Origin: a virus
Taxonomy: Duplodnaviria; Caudoviricetes
DNA: 64,000 nucleotides
IMG/VR virus record: IMGVR_UViG_3300029288_000060
Coordinates: 204,813 to 268,812 of that record
Strand: one strand, 5' to 3'
Program-made: the position numbers and the translations under genes
Shown here: one piece after another, positions 19,867-30,575 of the stretch
Layout of the letters: every line of letters starts with the position of its first letter
Position numbering within the stretch: position 1 is the stretch's first letter
The notes under the pieces: model-generated
What the model was told of the DNA's origin: nothing
What the model saw: the letters and a program-made list of their open reading frames with translations, nothing else
Databases searched by the model: none

Positions 19867-20925
19867 ATGAGTGAAGAATTGACTATAGAAACAATTGAAG
19901 ATAAAAAACAGAAAAAAGAAAAGAATAATATAGTTTGTATTGGAGCTGATTTCGGAACTATGAATCTTTGTTGTGCTAGGAGCGATTCAGATGAAATAAA
20001 AATAATGAGAAATGTATTTTTAGAATTAAATCCTGAAGAAGTTACCATATCAGATCTTTCAGATATAAATTATATTGAGAGTGAAGGAAGTATTTTTATA
20101 ATTGGTAATGATGCTTTTAGATTAGCAAATATTTTTGGTAAAGAAGTATCTAGACCGATGGAAAAGGGATTAATTTCTAGTAAAGAAATTAATGCAATAG
20201 ATGTATTAACAATTATGGTAAAAGAATTAATTGGTGATATTAAAGATAAAGAAGCTTATGTAAGTTACAGTGTGCCGGCTGAAGCAATTGATGAAGGAAG
20301 ATCCGTTACTTACCATGAGAGAGTATTTGGAAGAATTCTTTCAACGTTAGGAGTAAATCATAAATCATTTAATGAAGCAATGGCCATTGTTTATTCCGAA
20401 TGCGCAACCGAAAAGTATTCTGGTATAGGAATAAGTTTTGGAGCAGGAATGTGTAATGTATGTTGTGCATATAAGTCAATTGAAACATTTAAATTTTCTA
20501 CTGCAAGAAGCGGAGATTGGGTAGATTCTAATGTTGCGGAATCATTAAATATGATTAGAAATCGAGTTACCTCTTTGAAGGAAAAACATTTAAATTTACA
20601 ACTTGGTTTCGAAAAAGAACAGAACAAAAAAATAAAGAGAACCCTTGAATCTTTAACTTATTTTTATGAAAATTTAATTGATTATACAATAAAGAGAATA
20701 ATTCATGAATTTAATGATAAAGTAGATACTGAATTTGATGAAGCAATCCCAATTATAATTTCTGGGGGTAGCTCAATTCCTGGAGGTTTTTTGGAATTAT
20801 TTCAAAATACAATGAATAAATATGAACTACCTTTTCAGATTTCTGAAATCAGACGTGCAAAAAATCCATTAGCTGCGGTTGCTCAAGGTTTATTAATTAA
20901 AACTTTATCTGATGTACGGAAATAA
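19867..20925 (+). CDS. actin-like ATPase (MreB/MamK/FtsA/ParM superfamily)
   Basis: Phosphate-1 IGADFGT, NEAMA, phosphate-2 ISFGAG, adenosine IISGGSS, AVAQG. Confidence 0.85.
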   Translation: MSEELTIETIEDKKQKKEKNNIVCIGADFGTMNLCCARSDSDEIKIMRNVFLELNPEEVTISDLSDINYIESEGSIFIIGNDAFRLANIFGKEVSRPMEKGLISSKEINAIDVLTIMVKELIGDIKDKEAYVSYSVPAEAIDEGRSVTYHERVFGRILSTLGVNHKSFNEAMAIVYSECATEKYSGIGISFGAGMCNVCCAYKSIETFKFSTARSGDWVDSNVAESLNMIRNRVTSLKEKHLNLQLGFEKEQNKKIKRTLESLTYFYENLIDYTIKRIIHEFNDKVDTEFDEAIPIIISGGSSIPGGFLELFQNTMNKYELPFQISEIRRAKNPLAAVAQGLLIKTLSDVRK

Positions 20926-20957
20926 AATTAATTTAAAAATATTTTGGAGGATATCAA

Positions 20958-21176
20958 ATGAAATTAACAGAAAGACAAATAACAATTTTAAGTGAAATAG
21001 TTGATAAAGCTTTAGATATGGTTCTAACAGAATCTAAAAATCAAGAGGAATATCAAAAGTTTTTTAAATCAATGTTAAAGAAATTTGGAGTTAGCTCTCC
21101 AACAGAATTGAAAGGAGATAAGAAAAAGAAGTTTTTTGCAGCAGTTAAAGCAGGGTGGGCAAAAAAGAAAAAATAG
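20958..21176 (+). CDS. small basic phage protein (YQKFF..LKKFGV.SP.EL...KKKFF motif), possibly head-associated
   Basis: GGAGG RBS; motif recalled from large-phage proteins. Confidence 0.55.
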   Translation: MKLTERQITILSEIVDKALDMVLTESKNQEEYQKFFKSMLKKFGVSSPTELKGDKKKKFFAAVKAGWAKKKK

Positions 21177-21206
21177 TTAAATTTTAGAAAAGGAGAATGG
21201 TAACCA

Positions 21207-22460
21207 GTGAATAGAAATAATCCGAATACCTCAAATTTTTATCCAAAAAAGTTAACTGAAATGGAATTGTTTAGATTGGGAATATCAGAAGAAAATTTTA
21301 ATATAGTTAATACACTAGAAGACTTAAAAAGTAATCCACCGAATATAGTTATAGCAAAATGTAAGCAAAATGTTCAGTTTATGCAAAATAGATTTACCAA
21401 ACAAACCTTGTTAAAAAAACGTAAATATGTAATGGGTGCAGGCATTTATATGCAATTACATTATGATACTAGATCAGATATTGAAATATTAAAACCTGCT
21501 GAAATTCAATTTAAAAAAATATATAAACGATATAATGGACAAAAATTAGATAATAAGACTCTATTAGTTTTTCGTCAAGGTGGAATTGGCGATCTATTGT
21601 TTATCCAACCAAACCTAACCTACCTGAAGCAAAAATACCCTACTTGTATTATCAAATTTGCTTGCGGTCCTCAATATCAATCAATGGTAAAAGAATGGGA
21701 ATGCGTTGATAAAGTTTTAGATTTACCATTCTTAGTGGATGAATTATTTAAGTCTGATTATCATTGTGTTTTTGAGGGTGTAATTGAAAGATGTAAAGAG
21801 GCAGAAAATACATGCTCATACAATTTATTTAGTAAATGGTTAGGGTTAAATTTACCGGATGAATTATTAATACCGAAACAAAAACCAAATAAAGAATTGG
21901 TAGATAAAAGTAGAGAATTTTTGATACGTTCTAATATTGAAGAAAAGGATTTTATTCTTGTTCAATTAAGAGCTTCTTCACCAATTAGAACTCCAGATCC
22001 TAAGGTTTGGATTAAATTAATTGATATGTTGACAGATAAAGGTCATAATATTGTTATAACAGATAATCCTTTGGTTTCTCAAGATGTAAACAATGTTATT
22101 TCACAATTAAAAAATAAAGAAAAAGTTTTTAATTTTTCAGAGTATTCTCTAACTATTGGTAATACAATTGCTATAACTTCTTTAGCTAAATTAGTAGTTT
22201 CAACTGATTCTGCATTACCACATATTGCGGAATCTTTAGGAATTAAATCCTTTGCGGTAATGGGACCCTTTACTGGTAGGGTAAGATTTAGTACATATAA
22301 AAATAATGATTGGATAGATGTTGTGAAAGAGGAATGCTCCCCATGTTTTCAGCATGGAACACAGCCATGTAAATATGCTACACCACAATATTCTCCTTGT
22401 TATAATAATTTAGATTATGATGTTTGTATTGAGAAAATTGAAAGGCTATTGAATGTATAA
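21207..22460 (+). CDS. GT9 (ADP-heptose-type) glycosyltransferase
   Basis: GGIGDLL, STDSALPHIA, C-terminal CSPC motif. Confidence 0.85.
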   Translation: MNRNNPNTSNFYPKKLTEMELFRLGISEENFNIVNTLEDLKSNPPNIVIAKCKQNVQFMQNRFTKQTLLKKRKYVMGAGIYMQLHYDTRSDIEILKPAEIQFKKIYKRYNGQKLDNKTLLVFRQGGIGDLLFIQPNLTYLKQKYPTCIIKFACGPQYQSMVKEWECVDKVLDLPFLVDELFKSDYHCVFEGVIERCKEAENTCSYNLFSKWLGLNLPDELLIPKQKPNKELVDKSREFLIRSNIEEKDFILVQLRASSPIRTPDPKVWIKLIDMLTDKGHNIVITDNPLVSQDVNNVISQLKNKEKVFNFSEYSLTIGNTIAITSLAKLVVSTDSALPHIAESLGIKSFAVMGPFTGRVRFSTYKNNDWIDVVKEECSPCFQHGTQPCKYATPQYSPCYNNLDYDVCIEKIERLLNV

Positions 22461-23289
22461 GGTAATGATAAATTGTCGTAATAGACTTGCAATTACTACA
22501 AAATGTATTACTGCTTTAACAAAACATTCTGTTACAAAACCAGAAATTTATGTATATGATAATTTAACAAATTATAAAGTTAATGAACATTTTATGTATT
22601 GGAATTTATTATATCAGAAAGGAATAATTCAACAAGTTACTTTTAACACAAAAGTTTCTACGTTTAATGCTTTTTCTAAAGCTGTGGCATGTAATCAATT
22701 TGGTTTTAATCATGAACAGGATCCTAATAAAGATAAATATGATTTTTTAATATTTCTTGATAATGATATTATTGTAACGCCGCAGTTTGATAAAATTTTA
22801 AAAGATGCATGGGCAGATGTTAAAAAAAATAATATGAATGATATTAAAGTTATTAGTCAATTACCAGGAGGGATAACAGATAAGAAAGAAGTTCCTCACA
22901 AGATAGCGGGCTTTAGAGCAAAGTCTGGCTTATTTGGGGGTAGTGGATTATGGTGTGTACAAAATAATTTCTTTAAAGAAATTGGTTATTTAAATGTGAG
23001 CAATTTTATTGGACTACATAAAAAGCATGACCAACAGTATTGGAGAAAACTTGGAACAGTAACAAAAGGTAAACATTATATTTTAGGTTTAGATATAAAA
23101 TTAGGTATACATTGTGGAAAAATTGCTGGCAGCCTTTGCAATACTCTCACAAGAGCTACTAAAATACCTCAAAAAAATGTCGAAGAATTAATTAAGTTTG
23201 AAGAATCAGATAAAAAAATCGACTCAATGGGTTTTGATCATTTTTATAAAATGATCAAAAATGATAAAAGTTTGGAAAACGATTGGTAA
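22453..23289 (+). CDS. GT2/GT-A glycosyltransferase
   Basis: YVYDN, FLDNDI (DxD). Confidence 0.7.
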   Translation: MYKVMINCRNRLAITTKCITALTKHSVTKPEIYVYDNLTNYKVNEHFMYWNLLYQKGIIQQVTFNTKVSTFNAFSKAVACNQFGFNHEQDPNKDKYDFLIFLDNDIIVTPQFDKILKDAWADVKKNNMNDIKVISQLPGGITDKKEVPHKIAGFRAKSGLFGGSGLWCVQNNFFKEIGYLNVSNFIGLHKKHDQQYWRKLGTVTKGKHYILGLDIKLGIHCGKIAGSLCNTLTRATKIPQKNVEELIKFEESDKKIDSMGFDHFYKMIKNDKSLENDW

Positions 23290-23822
23290 AAGGAATGATG
23301 ATGAGAGCAGAAATATTATTCAGCAGAGAGGTTATTGAAAAAAGGATAAAACAATTAGCAGAAAAAATCGAGTATGATTTTAATGATGAAGAATTACTTA
23401 TAATTTGTGTTCTTAAAGGATCTTTTATTTTTACTTCTGATTTAGTTAGGTTTATAAAAAAACCAAAATGTGAAATTGATTTTATTAGAGCCTCTAGTTA
23501 TGGAAGCGAAACCATATCTTCAGGTATTGTAAAGTTGCCAAAATATGTTGATATAAATGCAACAAATAAAAACGTTATAATTGTTGAAGATATTTTAGAT
23601 ACCGGTTTAACTTTAAAACAAATAACTGAGTTTATAAGTAAAATGAAACCTAAAACTTTAAAAACTTGTGTATTATTAGATAAAAAAATCAAAAGAAAAG
23701 TTGATTTTACAGCAGACTATGTTGGATTTGAAATTGAAGATAATTTTGTTATTGGTTATGGTTTAGATTATAATGAAGAATTTAGAAATCTTCCGGAAAT
23801 TTACTATGTAAAGGAATTATAA
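23283..23822 (+). CDS. hpt: hypoxanthine phosphoribosyltransferase (start probably ATG near 23301)
   Basis: VLKGS, VEDILDTGLTL PRPP loop, FVIGYGLDY. Confidence 0.93.
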   Translation: MVKGMMMRAEILFSREVIEKRIKQLAEKIEYDFNDEELLIICVLKGSFIFTSDLVRFIKKPKCEIDFIRASSYGSETISSGIVKLPKYVDINATNKNVIIVEDILDTGLTLKQITEFISKMKPKTLKTCVLLDKKIKRKVDFTADYVGFEIEDNFVIGYGLDYNEEFRNLPEIYYVKEL

Positions 23823-23829
23823 ATTACCA

Positions 23830-24714
23830 ATGGATAAAGCAATAATTTCTTTTTGTTTAGCAGAATTTTGGTGGGAGTTTGGTAGGTTTGCTCCATACAT
23901 TTTATGGAAAAGACAAAAACAATATAAAAATAGAAGTGATGTAAAATTTATTTGTGTAACGAGACCAGAAAATTTTGATATATATGGAAAAAACGCTTCT
24001 ATTCTGGTGCCATTCAGATTAAAAAATGAGTCAAAATATCGTCCTAATTGTTTTAGATTAGATAATATTACTCAAGAGGAATATATATCAATTATAAAAA
24101 CTTTTCAAGATCAATTTAAAGAAAGATATAATATTATTGAAACTATTTATCCTGATATAAGTAAAAGACAATATTTGAATAAAAATCAATTTCCAAAAGA
24201 TAAAGTTAATTATAATTATTTACCAAGAGATTCTAATTTAGAACTAATTAAAAATCATATGAATGGTAAACCTGTGGTAATATTAGCTCCAAGATATCGT
24301 GAAGGCATTAGGAGAAATTGGCCGTATTGGAATATTTTATATAATTTAATTTCAAATAATGAAAAATTAATAGAGAAATATAATTTTGTGATAACAGGAA
24401 GATCACCAGATTATGTTCCAGATGTTCAAAATAGGTTTTTAGATATTAATAATATGCAACAAAACATAAATACCAGTATTGTTGGTTTAACTATAGAATG
24501 TATGAAAAAAGCTGTTTTGACAGTTGGTTCACAATCAGCAATACCAAATATTTCGTTATTATTAGGTGTGCATGCTTTAGAATGGGGGCATCAAAAATAT
24601 TTACATACAGTAACATATAATGTGAAAAAAAGTAAAGTAACATTTATTGAAGACAATGAATACAAAATTAAACCTAAGATTATTTATCAAGAAATGTTGA
24701 AAATTTTAAACTAA
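23830..24714 (+). CDS. putative GT-B (GT9-like) glycosyltransferase
   Basis: RNWPYW and VGSQSAIPNISLLLG resemble GT9 C-terminal motifs. Confidence 0.5.
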   Translation: MDKAIISFCLAEFWWEFGRFAPYILWKRQKQYKNRSDVKFICVTRPENFDIYGKNASILVPFRLKNESKYRPNCFRLDNITQEEYISIIKTFQDQFKERYNIIETIYPDISKRQYLNKNQFPKDKVNYNYLPRDSNLELIKNHMNGKPVVILAPRYREGIRRNWPYWNILYNLISNNEKLIEKYNFVITGRSPDYVPDVQNRFLDINNMQQNINTSIVGLTIECMKKAVLTVGSQSAIPNISLLLGVHALEWGHQKYLHTVTYNVKKSKVTFIEDNEYKIKPKIIYQEMLKILN

Positions 24715-24732
24715 AACTTGAGGTAAAATAAT

Positions 24733-25440
24733 ATGGCAGACGCAGTTTTAAAACAAATGATTTTAGATGCACCAACACAGGTTGAAAATATTGATAGTGC
24801 TATTACTAATATAGATGAACAGATTGCAGATTTTCAATCAAAACAAGATTCACTTGTAACTGTTTGTGATACAGTTGCCATAGAATTAGAAACTTATTTA
24901 AAAGATACAAAATTTAGTCCGGAAACTGTTTATTATATGTATAAAGGAATAAATTTTAATCAGAACTTAGATATCAGTGGAAGTATTATAGATTGGAAAA
25001 TTTATAAAATTTTATCATTGACTGGATTAATTTTTGTATCGGATAATACATTTACATGTAACGGAGATAAAACTAGCACTTTTTCAGCAGATGCAGACTT
25101 ATCAATAATATTAGGAGGCGGTAGAGTATATAGCACTGTTGCATCATCATCTTTTGATGGATCTGTGACAGAAGTAATTTTAAATGATTCAGTATTAGAT
25201 GTATCATTAACTTCAGTATGGTTGTTAAATTATATTTATATTTTAGGTGATGATCCTATTATTGATTCTCATAAAGATAACTGGGATTTTTCACATGATT
25301 ATATAACATTACCACTTGGAATTAGTGGTTCGTATGGTACAAAAGATAATATTACACAATTAAATGTAGCGAAAAATTTATTAAATTCAAATAGAACAAA
25401 ATTTAATGATTCGATAACAGTATTAGCACCATTTGTATAA
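24733..25440 (+). CDS. hypothetical protein, possibly virion/baseplate-associated
   Basis: Acidic, Ser/Thr-rich; upstream of PAAR-like gene. Confidence 0.5.
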   Translation: MADAVLKQMILDAPTQVENIDSAITNIDEQIADFQSKQDSLVTVCDTVAIELETYLKDTKFSPETVYYMYKGINFNQNLDISGSIIDWKIYKILSLTGLIFVSDNTFTCNGDKTSTFSADADLSIILGGGRVYSTVASSSFDGSVTEVILNDSVLDVSLTSVWLLNYIYILGDDPIIDSHKDNWDFSHDYITLPLGISGSYGTKDNITQLNVAKNLLNSNRTKFNDSITVLAPFV

Positions 25441-25455
25441 AAAAGGAGAAATACA

Positions 25456-25686
25456 ATGTTGAATGAAGAATTTTTTATAAAAAGAAAAAAAGAAACGGCT
25501 GGTTTATTACATTTTTTACAAGAATGTAAATTTTCTGGTTCTTGGGATACAAAAATTGATTTGAATGTTATTATTAAAACTATTGCAAACTATGATTTCA
25601 TTACTGATTCTTTAAGAAAAGAAATAATAGGTTTGCAAAATAGGATTAAAGAATTAACAATCCAAGAAGAAAAAAATAATGTCTAA
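25456..25686 (+). CDS. hypothetical protein
   Basis: AAGGAG RBS; coiled-coil end. Confidence 0.55.
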   Translation: MLNEEFFIKRKKETAGLLHFLQECKFSGSWDTKIDLNVIIKTIANYDFITDSLRKEIIGLQNRIKELTIQEEKNNV

Positions 25687-25969
25687 CGCTTCTATAATAT
25701 CATCTTTAGGAAGTGGAGTTTGTTCTATAGATGGTCCTACGCTTGGATTAATTATAACTGGTTCTGGAAATACTTTTCTTACTAATATTGCATCGGCAAG
25801 AAATACTGATATTGTTTTAAGTTTTTGTGGACATGTTGGAATTTTGGTAGTTGGTTCATCAAATGTAAATGTTAATAGTTTACAAAAAACAAAAATTGGA
25901 AGTGTATTTACTGGCGTTTTTACTGGGACAATTATAACTGGAGTTGGTTCTATTGATACTGGAGGTTAA
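25679..25969 (+). CDS. PAAR-like tail spike tip protein
   Basis: 96 aa with three G.I..GS..V repeats, SAR, CGHVG. Confidence 0.7.
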   Translation: MSNASIISSLGSGVCSIDGPTLGLIITGSGNTFLTNIASARNTDIVLSFCGHVGILVVGSSNVNVNSLQKTKIGSVFTGVFTGTIITGVGSIDTGG

Positions 25970-25972
25970 GAT

Positions 25973-26956
25973 TTGAGAATAATTATTAACATGATTGGAG
26001 TAGGGGCTGGAAATAATGGTGGCAGCCACACATTAATACAATCAGCAAATACTTTACAAAAATTAGGTATGGATGTAAAAATTATTGATTATTCCTCTCC
26101 TAAATATACCTGGAATAAAATTGAGGTACCATACATAAAAGTAAAAAATGTAAATGATATTAATGGAGATATTATTATTGCTACAGGATTTAATAGTATT
26201 TCTACAACAAATAAATCAAAGATTAAAAATAAAATACATTGGATTAGAGGCTGGGAAGTTTGGGCTTCACCTGAAGAAAAACTAGTCAAAACTATAAGAG
26301 AATCAAAATGTAAAAAAGTAGTAAATAGTATTTGTCTCCAAAGAAAATTATTACAATATAATATAAAATCTAAAATTATTAGACCTGGACATGATTTTTC
26401 TGATTTTTTCCCTTTAAATATAAGAAATAATAATAAAATTATAATAGGCGGTTTATATAATGAAGGGAAAAAAAGAGAGAAAAAAAGAACAGAATGGATT
26501 CCTAAGGTATATGATATATTAAAAAAACAACATTATAATGTTGAATTATATATGTTTGGATCAGATGGTCATCCAAAATTTTATACAGATAAATATTTTA
26601 AAAATCCAGATATAAAAACTAAAAATGAGATATATAATAAAGTTGACATTTGGTTAGCTCCAAGTGAATTAGAAGGTTTACATATTACTCCAGCTGAAGC
26701 TATGCTAACAAATTGTTGTGTTGTGGGAACAAATGCTGAAATGAGTGGCTCTGAGGATTATTTATTTCACACTAAAACCGGAATGGTTTCTCAAAATACT
26801 TTTTATTCTTTTATATGTAATATTGAAATTTTGATGAAAAATGAATTATTAAGGAAAAGTTTAGGCGAAGAAGGGAGAACTAAAATTTTAAGTCTTGGTG
26901 ATAGAGAAGAGAATATGAAAAAATTTATTAATTTAATTGAAAAGATGATATCATGA
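25973..26956 (+). CDS. GT4 glycosyltransferase
   Basis: NNGGS at N-terminus, PSELEGLHITPAEAM (ExxxxxxxE). Confidence 0.85.
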   Translation: MRIIINMIGVGAGNNGGSHTLIQSANTLQKLGMDVKIIDYSSPKYTWNKIEVPYIKVKNVNDINGDIIIATGFNSISTTNKSKIKNKIHWIRGWEVWASPEEKLVKTIRESKCKKVVNSICLQRKLLQYNIKSKIIRPGHDFSDFFPLNIRNNNKIIIGGLYNEGKKREKKRTEWIPKVYDILKKQHYNVELYMFGSDGHPKFYTDKYFKNPDIKTKNEIYNKVDIWLAPSELEGLHITPAEAMLTNCCVVGTNAEMSGSEDYLFHTKTGMVSQNTFYSFICNIEILMKNELLRKSLGEEGRTKILSLGDREENMKKFINLIEKMIS

Positions 26957-27798
26957 TAAATGTTAAAAATCAAAATGTAAAAATTGCTAAAACAAATACG
27001 ATTTTAAATAGACTAGATTATAGTATAAAAAATAAATTACCTTTCTCGATCGTCAGATTTGGAGACGGAACAATAAAAGCTATTCATGCTTATCTTACTA
27101 ATGATCATGCTCAATTAAAAAGTATATCTATTCAAGAAGGTATTCCTATAGTCGCGTTTGAAAAAATTATCAATTTTTGGAAAACATCTGCTAATTATTG
27201 TGATTATATAGATTCACCTGCAGTTTATTTTAATAATAAATTTTGGAAAAGAACAAAAAGAAAAAAGAAACAAATGAGTGAAAAAACAATTAAAAGATTA
27301 TATATGTGGGGAGAATTATATTCAAAAATAGGGATTACAAATAAAAATTATTGTAACCCAGAAATAAATTTTTTATCATGTATTGCTGGAAGAAAATCTT
27401 TACTTGATTTATTAGAAGGTAAGAAAATATGTTGTATAACTTCAAGAATTGATGCAAAAGAGATACTATCAAAGTATTTTGACAATATTGAAATTATTCA
27501 AATTAGTGGAAAGAATGAAAATCAGTTTATAAATTGTTTTAGTAAAGTTATAAATATAATAGATACATATGCAAAAGAATATGATATATGGTTAATAGCT
27601 GCAGGAGAGTTAGGTAGAGTATATCCAGGCTTAATTAAATTTAACGGTGGAAGAGCGTTTGATGTTGGTTCATTAATAGATGTATGGTGTGGTGATGAAC
27701 TACCAGATAGATTAAAACCATATTTAACCAAAACAATTCATCATCCATTGAAATTTGTTCTTACTGAAAGTGGAAAGGAGTTTGCTAAGTACATATGA
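26953..27798 (+). CDS. GT-D fold (DUF1792-like) glycosyltransferase
   Basis: FSIVRFGDG, LIAAG, AFDVGSLID. Confidence 0.7.
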   Translation: MINVKNQNVKIAKTNTILNRLDYSIKNKLPFSIVRFGDGTIKAIHAYLTNDHAQLKSISIQEGIPIVAFEKIINFWKTSANYCDYIDSPAVYFNNKFWKRTKRKKKQMSEKTIKRLYMWGELYSKIGITNKNYCNPEINFLSCIAGRKSLLDLLEGKKICCITSRIDAKEILSKYFDNIEIIQISGKNENQFINCFSKVINIIDTYAKEYDIWLIAAGELGRVYPGLIKFNGGRAFDVGSLIDVWCGDELPDRLKPYLTKTIHHPLKFVLTESGKEFAKYI

Positions 27799-28598
27799 CC
27801 ACTAAAAACGAACCTTTAGTTAGTGTAGTTATGTCGTGTTATAATTCTCAAAAATATATTGCTGAAGCAATTAGGACAGTTGTAAATCAAACATATTTAA
27901 ATTGGGAATTAATAATAGTTGATGATTTTTCAACAGATGAATCATTAAAAATTATAAAACAAACTATTAGAAAATATAATATAAATAATAAAATTAAAGT
28001 GGTAAAACATAATATTAATTGTGGGTGTGGTACAAGTTTGAGTGACGCAATTATAAATTCAAATGGGACATTAATTGCAATTTTAGATTCTGATGATGCT
28101 TTGGAATCTAAAAAAGCTCTAAGAATAATGGTTGATGCTCATATAAAACACTCTGAAGCTTCTTTAGTTTATAGTGATTATTGGGAATGTAATGAGAATT
28201 TAAGAAAATTAAAAGAATTCAAAACAAGACAAATTTTAGAGCATGAAACATATTTAGGAACTAAAATTAGAATTAGTCATTTTAAAGTTTTCAAGAAATC
28301 TTTTTATGATAAAACTCCTGGTGTTAATAGAAATTTAAGACAAACTGTAGATAAAGATTTAGTTTTAAAACTAGAAGAAGTTGGAAAGTTAATTCATGTG
28401 CCAGAAGAATTATATTTGTATAGACAAAGAAGAAATAATTTAACAAAATCAATTGGTAGAAAAGAGAAAGATTATAGAAATTTTGTTAAAATTATGAGAT
28501 ATAAAGTTTATAATGAAGCAAGACAAAGAAGAGGATTAAAATTAAAAAACGTTTTGGAGATTGAAGAATGGGAAAAAAACAATCGGAAATTTGGTTAA
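27795..28598 (+). CDS. GT2 glycosyltransferase
   Basis: VSVVMSCYN, IVDDFSTD, LDSDD. Confidence 0.92.
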   Translation: MTTKNEPLVSVVMSCYNSQKYIAEAIRTVVNQTYLNWELIIVDDFSTDESLKIIKQTIRKYNINNKIKVVKHNINCGCGTSLSDAIINSNGTLIAILDSDDALESKKALRIMVDAHIKHSEASLVYSDYWECNENLRKLKEFKTRQILEHETYLGTKIRISHFKVFKKSFYDKTPGVNRNLRQTVDKDLVLKLEEVGKLIHVPEELYLYRQRRNNLTKSIGRKEKDYRNFVKIMRYKVYNEARQRRGLKLKNVLEIEEWEKNNRKFG

Positions 28599-29227
28599 AA
28601 AAAGAAAAGTGTTTGAAACTTCAGGAAAGGTTTGGAGATTATAAGACGTATGAAGAAACTGGTGGTGGGCGCGGCGAAAATAAGAAATCGATTATCAGAA
28701 TATTAAAAAAGTTATCTAGTAATTTCGAAATAAAACCATCCGTGTTAGAAATTGGGTCAGGTCCAGGTCATTTTTTATGGGTAATGAAAGATGTTTCTAA
28801 ATCTATTACTGGTGTTGATATTTCACCACAAATGGTAAAAATATCAAAAGAATTTTTTGATTCACAAAATGTACCTGTTGATTTAAAAGTTGGTAGTTGT
28901 TGGAAAATTCCAGTAGAGAATAATAGTTATGATTTAGTTTATCAAGTTGATGTTTGTATGCATATAGGAGGTTCACTTGAATCAATTTTAGAAATGATAA
29001 GAGTTTCTAAGAAATATGTTGTATTTACAGGACCTTCATTTGATGAAAAAGATTTTGGAAAAGATATAGATAAGCAAATAGGTAAATTATCTTGGGCGAT
29101 TAGTATTCCAATGTTAAATAAAGAATTAGATAAACTTATACAACAAGGGGATATTAAAAATTATTATTATGAAACAAGACCTCAAACAAAAAATTATAAA
29201 CATAAAATATTGGTTGTTGAAAAATGA
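28568..29227 (+). CDS. class I SAM methyltransferase
   Basis: VLEIGSGPG, GVDIS, YDLV, EMIRV. Confidence 0.88.
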   Translation: MGKKQSEIWLKKEKCLKLQERFGDYKTYEETGGGRGENKKSIIRILKKLSSNFEIKPSVLEIGSGPGHFLWVMKDVSKSITGVDISPQMVKISKEFFDSQNVPVDLKVGSCWKIPVENNSYDLVYQVDVCMHIGGSLESILEMIRVSKKYVVFTGPSFDEKDFGKDIDKQIGKLSWAISIPMLNKELDKLIQQGDIKNYYYETRPQTKNYKHKILVVEK

Positions 29228-30132
29228 TTACTGTTCTTGCTAAACATCCTGCATGGGGTGCCGCTGATAATTTTTATAGAGCATTTAAATCATGTGGGTA
29301 TGAAACAACATTATTGTGTTTAAGAAAAGATCCTTATGGCAGAACTACAAATGAAGTAACTTTATTAAATAGAAATAATTTAATTCCAATATTATCTAAA
29401 ACTAATTTTTTATTGATTTGTTCTCCAGTAATAATAACATCAATTTGTAAAAAAATTGATAAAAATTTTGAAAAAACATTAAGAGATATAGATAAAAAAG
29501 TAATTTTTATTACTGGTACTGATTACATTAAAAATTACAAAAAATGGAATAAATCTCTAAATAAAATGGGGTTTAAAAGAAGGTTCTGTGAAGCTGAAAT
29601 GATAAAATTTAATCCAAAAATAAATATGTTTTTACCTCACCCAATGGAATATTATATTCCAATTATTAAAAATGAAGTAATAACAATCAGTCATGCTCCT
29701 GGTATAGTTGAAAGGCCTGAAAAGAAAGGTACTAATATAATATTATCTGTAATCAATAAATTAAAAGAAAAATATTCTTTTCAATATGACCACATAGTTG
29801 GTGTTCAATTAAAAGAGTGTTTAAACAGAAAATCTAAATCTCATATTTTTATAGACCAAGTTAATCCAAAAGTTGGTGGTATTGGAAAAAATGGTTATGA
29901 AGCATTATCATTAAATTGTATAACAATGGCATCAGTAAATAGTTTTAATGATATTCCAAAAAAGGAAAGACCGCCAGTAATTAATGTAAATAATGAGACT
30001 GAGTTGTTTGATAGTTTGAGTAAATTTTTATCCAATAAAAAAATAATAGAAGATCAAATAAACAAAATTGCTAGTTGGAAAGAAAATTTGAGTTTTAAAA
30101 ATACTGTTAATAAAGTTTTGAGAGAGACATGA
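29224..30132 (+). CDS. GT-B glycosyltransferase
   Basis: ISHAP...KKGT, IFIDQ...GKNGYEA; paralogous to 33858..34796. Confidence 0.7.
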   Translation: MITVLAKHPAWGAADNFYRAFKSCGYETTLLCLRKDPYGRTTNEVTLLNRNNLIPILSKTNFLLICSPVIITSICKKIDKNFEKTLRDIDKKVIFITGTDYIKNYKKWNKSLNKMGFKRRFCEAEMIKFNPKINMFLPHPMEYYIPIIKNEVITISHAPGIVERPEKKGTNIILSVINKLKEKYSFQYDHIVGVQLKECLNRKSKSHIFIDQVNPKVGGIGKNGYEALSLNCITMASVNSFNDIPKKERPPVINVNNETELFDSLSKFLSNKKIIEDQINKIASWKENLSFKNTVNKVLRET

Positions 30133-30575
30133 TAATTAAACCTAAACCTTCAACTTTGAAGAATGATAAAAAATTACAATTTATAAAAATTGGGGACCAT
30201 CGTTTAATTTATCCAAAAACTCATAGGTGGTCAAGAGAACCTTTAGCTACAATAGATGTTTCAGGTTCTGATATTATAATTGAAAAGGATGTTATTATTT
30301 CTAGTGGTGTATTTATACTAACACATTCCCATAATTTTAAGGAAGAAAAATGGAGAAAACTAACAATCCTTCAAAAAGACGGACCAACAGTTTTAAGAAA
30401 AAGATGTTTTTTGGGAGTCAATTCAATAGTTCTTTATTCATGCAAGTATATTGGAATAAGTTCTGTTGTTGGCGCAGGTTCTGTAGTTTTAAAAGACGTA
30501 CCTGATTATGAAATTTGGGTAGGAAATCCAGCACGAAAGATTGGAGAAGTAAATAAAAGTGAAAATATATCTTGA
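30129..30575 (+). CDS. LbH (hexapeptide) O-acetyltransferase
   Basis: LTHSH, VGAGSVVLKDVP, GNPAR. Confidence 0.88.
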   Translation: MIIKPKPSTLKNDKKLQFIKIGDHRLIYPKTHRWSREPLATIDVSGSDIIIEKDVIISSGVFILTHSHNFKEEKWRKLTILQKDGPTVLRKRCFLGVNSIVLYSCKYIGISSVVGAGSVVLKDVPDYEIWVGNPARKIGEVNKSENIS

